In this document: piece after piece, positions 24,818 through 37,778 of the stretch
How the letters are laid out: each line of letters begins with the position of its first letter
Position numbering within the stretch: position 1 is the stretch's first letter
Source: Chlorokybus atmophyticus
Taxonomy: Eukaryota; Plantae; Mesostigma and Chlorokybus algae
Direction of reading: 5' to 3'
Assembly (NCBI GenBank): GCA_009103225.1
Contig: RHPI01003369.1
Span: 1,516,017 to 1,580,016, forward strand
Length of the DNA stretch: 64,000 nt
The notes under the pieces: generated by a model
Seen by the model: the letters and a program-made list of their open reading frames with translations, nothing else
Database searches by the model: none
What the model was told of the DNA's origin: nothing
Translations under genes and position numbers: made by a program

Positions 24818-25771
24818 TGTGAGCGTGTGCGCATGTCGCTGAAGTATGTTTTCTTCAGGTGCTGGTTTGACCAACTGGTACAACCAGCAAGACCAGCTTC
24901 AAGTCTAAACGACTGAATGTAGAAGCTGCAGGAGCGGAATTTTTGGGTAGTCTGTAAAGAGTACATTGGCAGCGTAGGCAGGACACACAAATGTTGTGTA
25001 CATAGAGTGCATTGCAGTGCAAGTGAGAGCAGCGACGCAGTTGGTTTCACATAGTGTGTTGCTGGCTGACTGATCTGCGTGCAAGCTGTTGCAACTTGCC
25101 ATGCTGACTCGAGAGAGGGATTGGTGCAACAGTCATTGTAGATTGATCATGTTACCGGAGACGTGCAACCAACACCAGTCTCAAAATATGACGCACACAT
25201 TGCCCTGGTGCGAAGACTTGCCAACCAGCACTCCCTTGCTGGACAGTTTGCATAGCGGGCATAAAACGTTGCTTGTGTGCGATGACAAACTGTATCTGAA
25301 ACATGATGAAAACACAGAATTTACAAACATAGAGAGTTACATGCTGTCGGCACACTTGTGGGGATTGATGTTAGCATGTGATGTTACATACGAGCAATGC
25401 GACAATGTATAAGAAATTATGCCTATCGTTCACCACCCACTAGCACCCGGCCTAGAAAAGAGTCATGACACCATGCCAACCACGCCACAACAGCCCACCC
25501 CTACACAGGCTCACATCCCACCGCCCCACAGCGTTGGGTAGGTATTAACCTTCTGTATGCTTGTATGTCTCATGGGCGGGCTAGTAGCAGCACAGCGTAG
25601 CAAGCAGCCATAGTACTAGCCCGGTGGTGACTGTTATGTGATGAGTTGTGCAGGTTGATTGCGCACGTCATTCGCATTGTCCGCACACCATGCATAATGT
25701 AATTATGCCAGCCTGTTTGCTTGCTTGACTCTTGTGTGAGCTTGTATGTGCACGGAATGTGAGACCGTTTT

Positions 25772-25932
25772 CCTGGATAGCAGCCCCCCCCTATTGCAAG
25801 CCCCTTTAGTAAAAAAGGGCGGGGTCCCTCTGTAAAAAATGCCGTTTAACGGGCAAAAATAGGCTCTATTAGAGGCCCCCCCGAGGAAAAAAGGGTGGGG
25901 GGCTTGTGTAAAATGGGGGGCTTCTATCCGGG
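25772..25932. mobile_element. MITE-like non-autonomous DNA transposon, 161 bp
   Basis: Left end cctggatagcagccccccc...gcaagcccc. Reverse complement of the right end is cccggatagaagcccccc...acaagcccc, giving imperfect ~30-bp TIRs. No ORF; homopolymer-rich interior. Confidence 0.7.
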
Positions 25933-26724
25933 TAAATACGAGTATGAATATGACGTTTACCCTATGCATGCTGGCACAGTACCATACCCCTTATATACAC
26001 CCACACCACAGCTGCACTCACATAGCGCCACACACAGCAGCCCTTGTGGGCAGGTGATCACAACTGCATGTACTGACTTGCATGTCTAACGGGGTGCTAG
26101 CCTTAGAGTAGATTGGTGAAGTAGTTGTGGTAGCCCGGTGGTAAACATGAATTAAGCATAGCAATGGTAGGCGTGTATTGCTGTGGTTGTGCTGGCATGT
26201 TGGTGAATGCATGCGCCCTTGTATCACGCATTGACTGTTCAACTGCGTAATAAACTACTGATAAAACCTACTGCTACTGGTACTGATGCTGGCATGATGT
26301 TGCATGCGCTTTGTGACTTCGCCTAGCACAACGGAACAATACTGGTGCACTACACTGGTCCAGCCTTCGCTGCTGCAGGAATGTAAGAATGTTGCGTAGC
26401 TGACACGCAATGTTTACAACCGACTTGACTTGGTCTGTTGCCATACTGCGCACACTTTGTGGCATACCCCTTTTGTACACAGCTGCTTCATAAGTTCTCT
26501 ACAAGAACAACTATGTTCTCGAAGTCTGAGCACTGAACCTGAGTCACTTTGACTTGCAGATACAGCACGGCCTGCTTCTACCCACGCAACAGGTCTGTGC
26601 CAGTCAACTTGGGTGAAATGCGTGTGCCCTTCATTAACACATCAAACAGCTCGCCATGATCAGCAATGTCAACTGTTCCACATGGTGGCACATTGCACCA
26701 ATGGCAAAGCTGTGATTGAACAGG

Positions 26725-29032
26725 CTACTCTCTATCCGCAACAAAAAGCTTCCGCCCTCGCAAACCATTCCAAAACGCCCGCGCGCTCTGGACCTTCTTT
26801 GCAGGCGGCTGTACTTCCAGCACCTAGTGCAACAACTTTATGAGCCTTGCTTTGCCACTGACTGCACAGTATGTCAAACCCACAACGTACCTGCAGGACA
26901 CTGCCATCACCGCAGACAACTTGCAGCTCCTCGTACATGATGGTGACTTCCTTCCCTTTGCTGCGGCACTGTTCGGACTCGTTCTCATCTGCGACCCTGG
27001 TCGCCACGATTTTCAACTCAATGAGCTCCTGAGAGCCGTCTTCCTTTTCGATGGCAAAGTGGGCACGGGTGCCTGGCCAGCCCGCGAATGCTCGCACCTG
27101 TGTGCATACATATTGAGTTTGGAATGCAAGGAAGATTTGAAGACTTTACATAAACGGGTGCTTGCAACACAGAACCTGTACCAACCTTGTTGTGTAGAGC
27201 TCGAGCAGTGGAGTCAGGACCGAAGGTGAGCAGCCCCTCCTCCTTGTCCAGCTACCACACAGCATCAGCATCTTGCAACGGCTGCAGCCAAACGCCATGC
27301 ATTTGATGCTTGCCACACCTTTGCTGCATGCGTGGCTTTGGACTCGTCTTGAGGCTGTGCTATTTCCATGCCTTTGCCACTCAGCACGGTTGGCAGCACA
27401 CTCAGCAACAGCGTGGCCCCTGTACAATGCTGTGTAAGGTTGGGGCGACAGTCATTGGAAGCGGGCCCACAACAGCTCACCTCGTTGAAACAGGATCTCT
27501 AGCAGCTCCGGAGCCTGCATCAAACAATCCAACTCAGACCATGGTTGTCAATGTCATATTTCCTCGACAACCAGGTAGAGAAAATGTCATACATACCGTG
27601 ATGTTTTCATCTACGGGCACACTTTGAGCCGCTAGCACAGGCCCAGCATCCATCTTGAGTACTGTATACAGGACAGACACGCCTGTGACAGAGACGCCAT
27701 CTTGCAGAGCCCTCTGCACCGGCGAAGCACCTCGGTACAAAGGCAAGAGGCTTGGGTGGATGTTGAGAGTGCCTGGCACCATGTAAACCACAGCAAGCTT
27801 TGGCCAATGTATAGTTGATGGGCAACCTGACAATGCCATGCCCATGTATTTGTCATACCTAGTCGAGGTATGTCCAAGAAGGACTGTGGCAAAAACTGCC
27901 CATATGCTGCAGTAATGCAAAGATCTGGCTTGATAGCGCGCAAAGCTTCCAGAAACTGCGGCTACATGACAAACACAAAACGTGTGTAACAAGTCATCAC
28001 TAAGGCCAGCCTTGACATCTCACGATACACATTCTTACGTCTCGGGCGCTGGCTGGTTCTAGAATTGCGTCATCCTCCATGCCCAACCGACGCGCCATTG
28101 AGGCCGTTGGTGTTGCCAACAACTCTTTGCCACCCCTGCCTCGCTTGGAGGGCGGCTGTGTCACCACCGCCGCCACCTACACTGCAGCACAATCTCAACG
28201 TAAACATTTGCAACAACTATTGGAATTGTTGCAATCCACCACCTTGAACCCCATGCATAGTACTATAGAAAGCGCATTGCTCAGACCTAATACCTACCAA
28301 CTCACCTCAAAGCCTGATCCATATATCCTGGAGGCGTCTGTGAGTATCCACAAGGCCTCCGCTGCAACCTGCGATGCAATAGTAAAGATGAGCTTCTAAA
28401 AAATGTCCCTAGGCACCATGCCATGCAGTAACAATAGACAGCACGGCGACACTGATGCCTAAGTGTTATTATACGGGTGGCGGAACACCACACTCGTGGA
28501 TTGTAACCACGGCGGGTTGCCTGAATAGCGCCCCGATTGGCAAATGCCGCAAGACAAGCAGACGACTGAAGCGACAAGAGGCAAACACTCTCATAATGCG
28601 GCTGCCAAAAGTTTGCAGAACAAGACTTACAACCTGAGGTAAGGCGGCAAGAACAGCAATGTCGACAACGAACGCTTCTAGCACATATTGCAAGTGCATC
28701 AACGACAGCCTGATCCACACACTTACGTCCGGGGTGCCGAGGAAGACCACACGTTTAGGGTTTCCAGCGCTAACTGTTTTCGCTTCAAGCTGTGGTGCCG
28801 CAGCTGGCTTGGACGCTTCAGCAGCAGAAGCTGGAGATGCGGCACTGCAAACTCCTTGGTGCTGCTGCTGCAACTGCTGCCGCCAACAGGCGGACGACAG
28901 CCATGTGAGCACCGGCGGAGGCGGTGGCGGCAGCAGAGGCTTCCGCGCACTGGCGCTAGCGCACAAGCTGCTCAGAGGCAAGCAGCAGCGCTGCAGCACG
29001 ACGCCGGCGGGACGCACCGCAACGGCGCCCAT
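26725..29032 (-). CDS. FMT: Organellar methionyl-tRNA formyltransferase; spliced
   Basis: KRVVFLGTPD, VVTQPPSKRGRG, PDLCITAAYGQFLP, NIHPSLLPLYRGASPVQRAL, MDAGPV, QDESKATHAAK, VRAFAGWPG and VLEVQPPAKK...AFWNGLRG. Long N-terminal targeting extension; start codon could lie further upstream. Confidence 0.92.
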
Positions 29033-29942
29033 GGGGACCGCCCGCCGCCGCGCCCGCCTCTCTACCGCCACCGCCGCCGCTACGGCCGGCACCAACGACA
29101 ATGCAGTCTGTCACCCTTATCGGTATGGCTTGGTTATCAGAATGTTTTCTTGGCATTAGCAGTACTGGCTATAAGCTGCTTCCACAACAAAGCTTCAGCG
29201 TTGGACGTTCTGGGCTGCGGCGGGAAGGCGGCGTAGTGGATGTGCAGGACGACTGTGTAGTTGAGTATTGTGGTGTCGACTCGTGGGTGCTATGCTGGAC
29301 GCAGCCTCAGGTGCGTACATGTTGCGTTGAACTGAATAATAACCGCAGTATTCTTGTGCTGTTTGGAGCACTGACATGCAGTCGGCCAGATGCTTTCGTG
29401 TTGAGATGGAGTTGTAGTCTGTTGGATACTGTCTTATGACCTGCGGGTATTTCCTGTGTGCGTGTGCTTGTGCTTGTGCTTGTGCTTCTGCTAAGCAGTA
29501 TGAGCAGTGGTTGAATGCAGATGTGGAGTGTATTATTGGAGCACTGTCGTTGCACCAACTTTGGCGAGCTGGTGTTGGGCTGTTCGTGTAATCTTGTAGC
29601 TTGCATGCAGAACAGAGCAGGCGATTACGTGAAGATGGTATTTACTAGCTGTATTGCTGAAAATCGCTCATTGCTGCAGAAGAAGATATTCGCACGTGTC
29701 TGTGTGTTAGTTTAGTCGGCTGAGCGAGTGGTTTCTCTGCAGCCATGCACATGTCACAAGCATAGCACTGTCCACATGGCACAACCATTCATGCCGCCAA
29801 CCATTGGAGTTCAATACTAATTATAACGGACAGGAAGTCTGGGCGACGTGACGTGGTGTTTACAATTGTGGACAAGATGAGAGAAAAGCTGTCACTCAAG
29901 CAGTGCTGACCAGTTTAAGTAAGCCGAAGGGATTACAGCAAC

Positions 29943-32900
29943 ATGGGGGATGTTGACGATGGCGTAGGTTTTGAAAATGGGAGTACTAAACAACGAAAGG
30001 TTACTACTCCGTCAATTAGCATGCCACCGCCTCCTTCAATGCCGCCGAAGAAGCAAAGCAGCCAACCGAAAGCATTATCGGAGGCCATGGCTATGCCTCC
30101 ACCTCCTCCCGTAAAGCTCACCAACAATGATATTGGTGCCAGCAATGGCAACACCAACCCCATGCCGTCACCCCCGCCTGTTGCAAAACCACAGCAGGAA
30201 CGACCAATCAAGAAGGAGGAGAAGGATAACGACAAGGAGAAGGAGCAGGAGAACAACGTCATGCCACCACCCCCGCCGGTTGCAATACCACAGCAGGAGC
30301 GACTGGTCAAGGAGGAGGAAAACCACAAGGAGAAGGAGCAGGAGAAGAAGGCCTCTACTGCTCCTGTGGGAGGCACAGGGTTCGGTGGCATAAACTCGTA
30401 TGTCCCGCCAAAGGGTGCGGCAAGGCCTCGCCATGAGTTTGCCCTGGAAGTTATCAAAGAGGGCTCCGTTATCGCCTCTCTCCCTGTGTAAGTTGGTTCG
30501 TCAAGCAGAACTCGATCAGGCCACCTCAATGATGCATCGTTTGTTGGCTTGATGTTGCAGGCATGAGAAGGACCATTATGTATTTGGTCGCCACGAGCGT
30601 TGCGATTTTGTCATTGAGCACCCTTCTGCTTCACGCCTGCATGCAGGTGAGACAATCACGTCCACTTCTAGCCTTGATGTGTTGCAATTATCAATGAAAG
30701 CACCGGAACCGTTGCTTTCAGTTCTTCAGTACCGAGAGGCCCCCTCCGGCAATGGCGAGACGGAGGCGTTCATGTTTGACATGGGGAGCACGCATGGCAC
30801 CATCGTCAATAAACAGCAGGTGCGTGTGGCCGCAATGGGTGCCATAGCAGTCTGTCAGTAGTGTTGCCATCACCGTCAACAGTGCTAACTATATCAAAGT
30901 CGTTTGCAGTCGCCCGCATATTGAAGCTATATTGGCAGGAGTCTGTTAACACCTAAACCCCTGTGTCCAGGTCAAACCCAATGTGTTTGTGCCCTTGACC
31001 GTAGGCAGCATCATCAAGTTTGGCCAGTAAGTGACAATACCAACACAATCATCCCACACTGTGCAACAGGAGTCTTTCGTCTGAAATCGTTACAAGGCGC
31101 TTGTATTCTTGACTTGGCAGGTCTACTCGCTTGTACATATTCCAAGGCCCTACTGAGCTTATGCCGGAGGTAACGCAAAAGTGTATGAAGGTAAATACAC
31201 ATGTGTACACAAACTCGCTGTTCTCATACAGGAGGGTCTCTCACGCCCAGAGAGGCGCGCACTGCGGCAGCTGGAGGCGGCGGAGGAGGCACGCATACGA
31301 GCAGAATCGCTCGCGCGCGCCGCCCTTGACAGTAGCCGTGAGCGTGAGGTCACCTGGGGCATGGGCGAAGATGCCGAGGATGACCAGGAGGCGGAAACGG
31401 AGGTCAGAGTGAAGCGTATGCGCAGAGGAGTTCATCCTTGCTTTGATTGGCATGATCATTTATGAACATTGTTGTTGATCAGACGGAGGAGGTCACTTGG
31501 GAGACTTACAAAGGAGAGCTCACGGACAAGCAGCAGACTCTCAAGGACAAGGTCTACAAGCGCCAGCAGAAGCTCAATAACCTCAGGACTGAAATTGATC
31601 GCATTCAAGCCAAGGTAAAGCCATGCATCACTCCTGTTGGTTACGTGCTTTTGTGCGTTGATGGGTGCCAAACCATCAACAGTCTACTGATATATTGTTA
31701 CTGTGCAGGAGGCAGCTCAGTCCGGGCTCACTCCGGGCCAGGCGTCGCAGGTTGCGCGAAACGATCAGCGCATACAACAGGTGAGCTAGGGTTGTGTGCT
31801 GTTGTCATCAACGTTTGTCTCCTCAATATCCAACTCTGTATAGGTTATGGAAGAGCTGGAGAGCATGGAGGAGACTCTGAATGACAGCATACGGGAGAGC
31901 CTCGGTGCCAAGACACGCAACCGCCTTGGCATTAAGAGCAGAACAAAGACGAAGAAGAAGCCTGGTGAAGAGAGTGAAGATGAATCCGCCAGGCAAGCCC
32001 TGCATTGTCTGCAATTTGCAGAGGTGGTTTCCCACCACTGCTGGAGATTGATTTGGGCGTGCTGTTTGCAGTGATGATGATGAGTTTTATGACCGTGCAA
32101 GCATGCGAGGCAAGGGGAAGAGCAAAAAGGGTAAAGATTTCTCACTGTGACCCAGTCTTGTACCATGCTGTTGAGTCTCTCAACCGTGCACTCTGCGTGG
32201 CGATGACAGGTGCGGCGAAGGTGGAGAGTGCAGAGACTATCTGGGCACAGCTGCATGCCCTTGAGGCCAAGCGCAGAGAGACAGAAGCCAGGCTCGCGGA
32301 GGAGTTGGCAAAAGAAGAGGCAATCAACATTGGTCACCAACAGCAGCAGCAGCCTTCATCAACTGCCGATGATGCGCTGGATGCCTTCATGACGGACGTT
32401 GCGCACCAGATTGGTGAGAGACTGACATGTTGGCTGGCTTTGCGTTGTCCACCAAGCATGCTCAAGGTCCTGCAATGTGTCCAGAGGCAGACGGGGTATC
32501 CAGAGTGAGGCACCAGCTAGAGGAGCTGACAGCTGAAGAGGCGAGGCTGCGCAAGCTGTTGAGAATTGCCGACCCGGATGGATTGTACATTCCAAAAGTG
32601 CAAGCTATAATACCTGCCCCGTCTGCCAGCAGTCAGCAGCAGGTACACGTGTGGTTCTTTACACACTTTTGTGCCCTATGTGTCTTCCTACTGTGTGCTG
32701 TGCATGTTGCATCAACTTGTGTTGTGGCGATTGTGCAGGTTGCTTTAAGTCCTGGTAGCAAAGCTCACACGGTGGTTCGACCCAATATGAAGGCAGAGGC
32801 GCCTGCTGTGTCCACTGACACAGTCACGGTGAAGCCGGCGGTGTGGGACGGCGACGCGCCAGGTTTGCGAGCACCTGAAAACCACGATATCGTGACAGCT

Positions 32901-33691
32901 GTGACCACCTCAGCGCTTGCGTCAATTCCGCCATCGCATGCGGAAGCTGATGAAGCCACTTCAGCTACAGCCTCCGACAACACAACCATGCTTGAAGCGG
33001 CTGCGAATGTCCTCGCGCCCAATCAAGCAAAGTGGCTTGGTGTTGGCGCACCAAAGGCACCAACAGATCAGCGACATGATCATCATCCGCAGGTGGACTT
33101 GGGTCCGCATGATGAGAAGCATGATGGTGGGTTTGTTGCTCGCAAAGCACTCCTGGAAGTTAGCAAGAAAAAGAAGAAGCCAAACGATGAATCAGCGAAA
33201 GGACTATCAGAGCTCCCACCAGATGTTAGCGCAGATGAGGCCGTCGCCGAGAAGATAGCTTTGCTTCTGCGGCATTCCCATGGGTTGACTCCAGCTGACA
33301 GTGATGAGGATGAGACTATGATGTCACCATCTTTGCGCAAACGGAAGGCAGATGCTTCGCATGCCAGCCCATCTCATGCAAGCAAGAAGGCCAGCAAAAG
33401 CGCAGGAGGAGCTGAAAAGTCCAATGAAACAGGGCGCAGGGTTTATGGCCCCGCACGCCCACCACCCGCTTCTGATGCTGTTGCGGAGCAGGAGGAAGAT
33501 GAGCTGGAAGCCCCATGGGTACCACCTGAAGGTGAGTTGTGTACATGGTTTGCATGCCAGTGCATGCCAGCTCAAGCATCGCAAAGCACACATTGCAGCA
33601 AAGAGAGACTAGATTAATCATGTGTTACTCTATTGGCGCAGGACAAAATGGGGATGGCAGGACCAAGCTCAATGACAAGTTGGGTTACTGA
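29943..33691 (+). CDS. SLC4A1AP: Kanadaptin-like FHA-domain protein; spliced
   Basis: YVPPKG...LEVIKEGSVI, YVFGRHERCDFVIEHPSASRLHAVLQYR, FDMGSTHGTIVNK, VGSIIKFGQSTRLYIFQGP, DDDEFYDR and the C-terminus WVPPEGQNGDGRTKLNDKLGY*. Confidence 0.9.
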
Positions 33692-34660
33692 CTTGCCCTC
33701 TCTCACAGTAGTAGCATTGCTTACGTGAATGCTACTTCTGTCACGCCCACAGGCAGCAAAGTGTTGTCTGTTCCTGCAGCGGTCTGTTACTGCAAGTGCA
33801 TCGTGTCTTGTCCAGCAGCGCGGTATGGCCACGACATGTGCTAGTGCCATAGTCCACTAGATACAGAAGCAGCAATGGTAATGGTCATGCCTGCGCAAGG
33901 TGCATCAGAAAGGACGAGGTGCATATCAAAATCGAGTACACTAGCAGTGGTGTGGCAACAACAAGCATTTGATGTGATTTGTTCTGCTGAAATCGAAAAC
34001 CTCTGGTTTTGCTGCAGTTCAGTGATGTGTATAGTGCGCCCAGTGATGTGTATAGTGCTCCTAATCCACAGGAACTTATGGACGCAAACAAGATTCATCA
34101 TGATACACGCCACTGCCAACCACCAATGACCCAGACACGCTGACTGTGTCGCTTGCGTTGTGTGCATTGGGGTAGGTAGGGGCGCGTGGGCGAACTTGTG
34201 CGCTCGTGCCTGTCTGCATCTCAACAATATCAAGTGCTTCCGGCGAAGTGATCGACCAACTCCGCATGTTGATGCATTCGGAGTTGTCCGACTACTTGGC
34301 TAGAGCAATTGATATTGTTGACATGCAGTGCTTATGCCTTGCACCGGCCTTGCATGTGGGACGCAGCTCAGGCTATGTACTGTGCTACATGTACTGTGCT
34401 ACACGAGTGGGTAGTGCTGATGTCTATTCTGCCCCATTGGCAATGGACCATTGCTGCTTCCGTCATGCCGCCCGTGTATGGCACATACGGTCATGCACGT
34501 AGCTGTCGGCGGCAGCGGCGACGGCATGTCCACAGCATGAATCAGCAGTAGCAGCTTTGACTGCTTGCTCAAACATGTCACGGTGCGTCAATGCTCATTG
34601 AGAGCGGCGGCGGCATGGACGAGGCGGCCCTTTCTGTCGCCAGCTGGTCGTGACAGGTGC

Positions 34661-36242
34661 ATGACAGCAGCGTGGACCTCCGGCATATCAACGACGTCCG
34701 CACAGGCACCCATGCAGGTAGGCGACCGGAATTTGTTGGTTGTTTGGCATGTTCCAAGCTGTGCTCCTTGCTGATTGGTTGGTTGCTTGGTTGTGCAAGC
34801 AGGTAACAGTAGAGATTAGACACACAATTTGCTGCAAGTCACATGCAGGTACTTCCAAGGCCTGTGTCCTAGCTCTCGGTGTTAGCTACCAATGTGGCAC
34901 AAACACATGCACATTACCAGCAGCAGCAGCAGCAGCAGCAGCGTCATCGTCATGGGCAGTGCTCTTGTTATTGTTGTCTGTGACATCATAGTGTTCATTG
35001 TGCATGCAGGAGTCTCTTTCTCCCTCATGGGACCCGGCGCAATACCTAGCCTTTCGCAGCTTGCGCGAGCGCCCTGGCACAGAGCTCCTTGCTGCCATCC
35101 ACTGGCCCAGAAGCAGCAGCAGCAGCAGCAACAACAATAGACCTGTCGTCTATGACCTCGGCTGCGGCACTGGCAACCTCACCACCTTGCTCGCGAGACG
35201 CTTCCCCACTGCCAAGATTATTGGTAAAACTGTGTGTTCGTATCAAGGCTTTGTGTGGGTGTTGGGTCAAAGTGTGTAACCACCTTGACAAAACCGAAGC
35301 AACTTGTGACGAAAGTGCACGAAGCTTCAGTGCATGCGTGCCTGCGTGAAGAGTGTGCATATCATGTTACATGCATACTGTGTTGCCAACACAATGTTAA
35401 CAAATGAAGTGAGTAAGTTAGTCATTATTGAGTGGTTGGGTGCTGTGGTGCATGATACAGCTAGCCGGGCACTGCTTCTGTGCGAATGCATGCATGAGTG
35501 AGTGATACAACTGGACTGTTATAACTGATCAGTTGAATGAGCGCATGTAGCTTGCAGGTGTTGACAGCTCGCCGGAGATGCTGGAGAAGGCTAAGAAGAC
35601 AATGCCAGAGGCGAAGTTCATGTTGGGGGACTTGACTTCATGGTCTCCACCACGCGAGAAGCCTGACATCATATATTCCAACTCCGTGTTTCATTGGGTA
35701 GACAACCATGATGCTATCTTCCCAAAACTCGTTGGTTACCTCAGCCCTGGCGGCGTGCTCGCAATCTCCATGCCCAACAACTTCCATGAAGCCTCACATG
35801 TTGAAGCGCACGCGCTCGCACGATCGCACAAATGGAGAGTAAAACTCTCTCATGTGATACGAGACGAGCCCGTGAAGAAGGCGGAAGCGTACTATGACAT
35901 GCTTGCACCCGTTGCCAAAAATATCAGCATCTGGACAACGGAGTATCTGCAGGTAAGTATTGTTGGACCATGTGCCATTTGTGCTTTCAGCTGCATGCAT
36001 TATGGATAAATGTGCAGGTCCTGAAGGCAGATGATGAAGCTGAGACGTCATTATCACATCCTGTTGTGGAGTGGATCAAAGGCTCGTGGTTACGCCAATT
36101 CTTGGATAGGCTTAATGTTAATGAAAGCCTAGAATTTGAGGCTGAGTATGCAGTGCGGATGCGGGCGGCATATCCGATTCGACCAAGGGGCGTGGTGCTG
36201 TTTCCGTTCAAGCGCATGTTCATTGTTGCGGATGCTCTTTGA
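34661..36242 (+). CDS. tam: Trans-aconitate 2-methyltransferase of the bacterial Tam type; spliced; start uncertain
   Basis: SWDPAQYLAFRSLRERPGTELLA, VYDLGCGTGN, GVDSSPEML, DIIYSNSVFHWVDNH, LSPGGVLAISMPNNFHEASH, YYDML, IWTTEYLQ, VVEWIKGSWLRQFL and AYP..PRGVVLFPFKRMFIVA are collinear with bacterial Tam as I recall it. At least 3 GT-AG introns. Confidence 0.85.
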
Positions 36243-37778
36243 TCGGAATGTGTATACATAAACTGCGAGAGTGAACACAAGGCACACAAGCAAGCACGGC
36301 AAGCTGTAATGTTGTGGACAACCGGGGCCGTGGAGCTGAGGGTATCAGGGTAGGCAGGTACCAGCAGTCAGTACTAGGCAGCAACAATAGGCAATGGTGC
36401 GCTGGGCCCTACATCAACATTGGTAGCCAAGCAAGCAGCCAATATATTGCGTGCATGTGTGTATCATTCCTCAATTGAATGTAATCACAACAAACAGAAC
36501 GCCAACCCTTTCCCAACTCCAAGTGTATAGGGTGGCGGCGATGCCGGGCTGGAGACCGCTCCAGACGGGGGCCATGGCATCAGAGGCGGATGTCGCCATG
36601 GTGGCGGGGTCGACCGTCTAGTTTGGTGGTGCATAGTTGTGAATGCACCGACATGATGGCTGTGTGTGTGGCTGTTGTTGAGATAGGTACGGTCAGGCTG
36701 TACATGGACTTGTGCGGACTTGAGACTATACGAACCATATCTCAACGCAAAATTAAGCATGAACATGCGTGTAGCGTGTGCAGTGCATAAGTGAAATAGA
36801 TCTGTTGATGTGGTAATGTTGCGCATGCTCGGATAATGAAGCATACACTTTCGCTGCGCAGGTGGTGCTAACGTTTTGCCCTGCCATGCCAGCCCACCTG
36901 CTTGTGTCGGACGTGGTCATTTGTGGTTTGCACTTGAATCATGTGATGCATGGCTAGCTGTGCTTTGGGGCCCAAAATTTTGTACTACTGTTGTAATGCT
37001 ATCGCCCTTGCTTTTTTGCTTTGGGACTTGTGTTTGCACACGGCCCGGTAGTGGAGGTTGGTCAATGCTTGTGGTGTTGGTAGCACTGCAGGTGCACGCG
37101 GGTTGTCACGTACGAATTCCCTCTTGCCTCTTGTGTACACACTCGCACGTTACACTCTTTAGCTTTAAGCATGTTCACATAAATCAGTCATAACTTTATT
37201 CTGTATGTTGATGTCGTGTTTAGTATTTTATGCTATTACGGCATTGCAATTCAATGTTGGTGACTTTTTGTTTGCGGATGCAACACATGGCACTTCATCA
37301 CGTAATTTCTGATACATGTATATGCATGTAAGGCACACAGTTGCGGTAATTAGATTAGAATACATAACTCTCAGCTACAATGCTGGATGTCATGTAGAAA
37401 AGCTTGCCTTTTGCCGTGTACACAATGTTTGGGTGTGCGCATAACGCACTTATTCACCATGGTGTGCGACATATATATGCGTATATCAAAGCCAGCTCAT
37501 ATGAAGGGCAGACTGAACGCCAACAGTCTAGCGGCTAGGCTCCTGGCACTGGGCCTGGTGCGGCAAAGGCAACCGGGACAGCCGCTTCAAGCGAGGGTTG
37601 GGGCGGCGGGATGCCCGTGCGCATGCTTGACGACGGCGCGTGAACTTTTTGCATTAGCCACATGCTGGCGTTGGCCAACTGAGTCAGTCAGTAAGGGCTG
37701 AAGCTCCACATTGAGCAGTAGGGTCGTGCTGCGCTGAGCTCAGGGCTTGCTTGTGAGGAAGGTAGAGGGTTAAGTACA

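Noticed and set aside
23869-25050. Long antisense and alternate-frame ORFs over the SDR (RE/LS repeats)
   Set aside because: They are shadow frames of a GC3-biased gene, extended artificially through Ns and the (CT)n repeat.
28754-28765. Telomere-like TTTAGGGTTT
   Set aside because: It lies inside the FMT coding exon (encodes GNPK), so it is coincidental.
34021-34060. 21-bp tandem duplication agtgatgtgtatagtgc
   Set aside because: Only two short units in intergenic DNA; ordinary slippage, not a CRISPR-like array.
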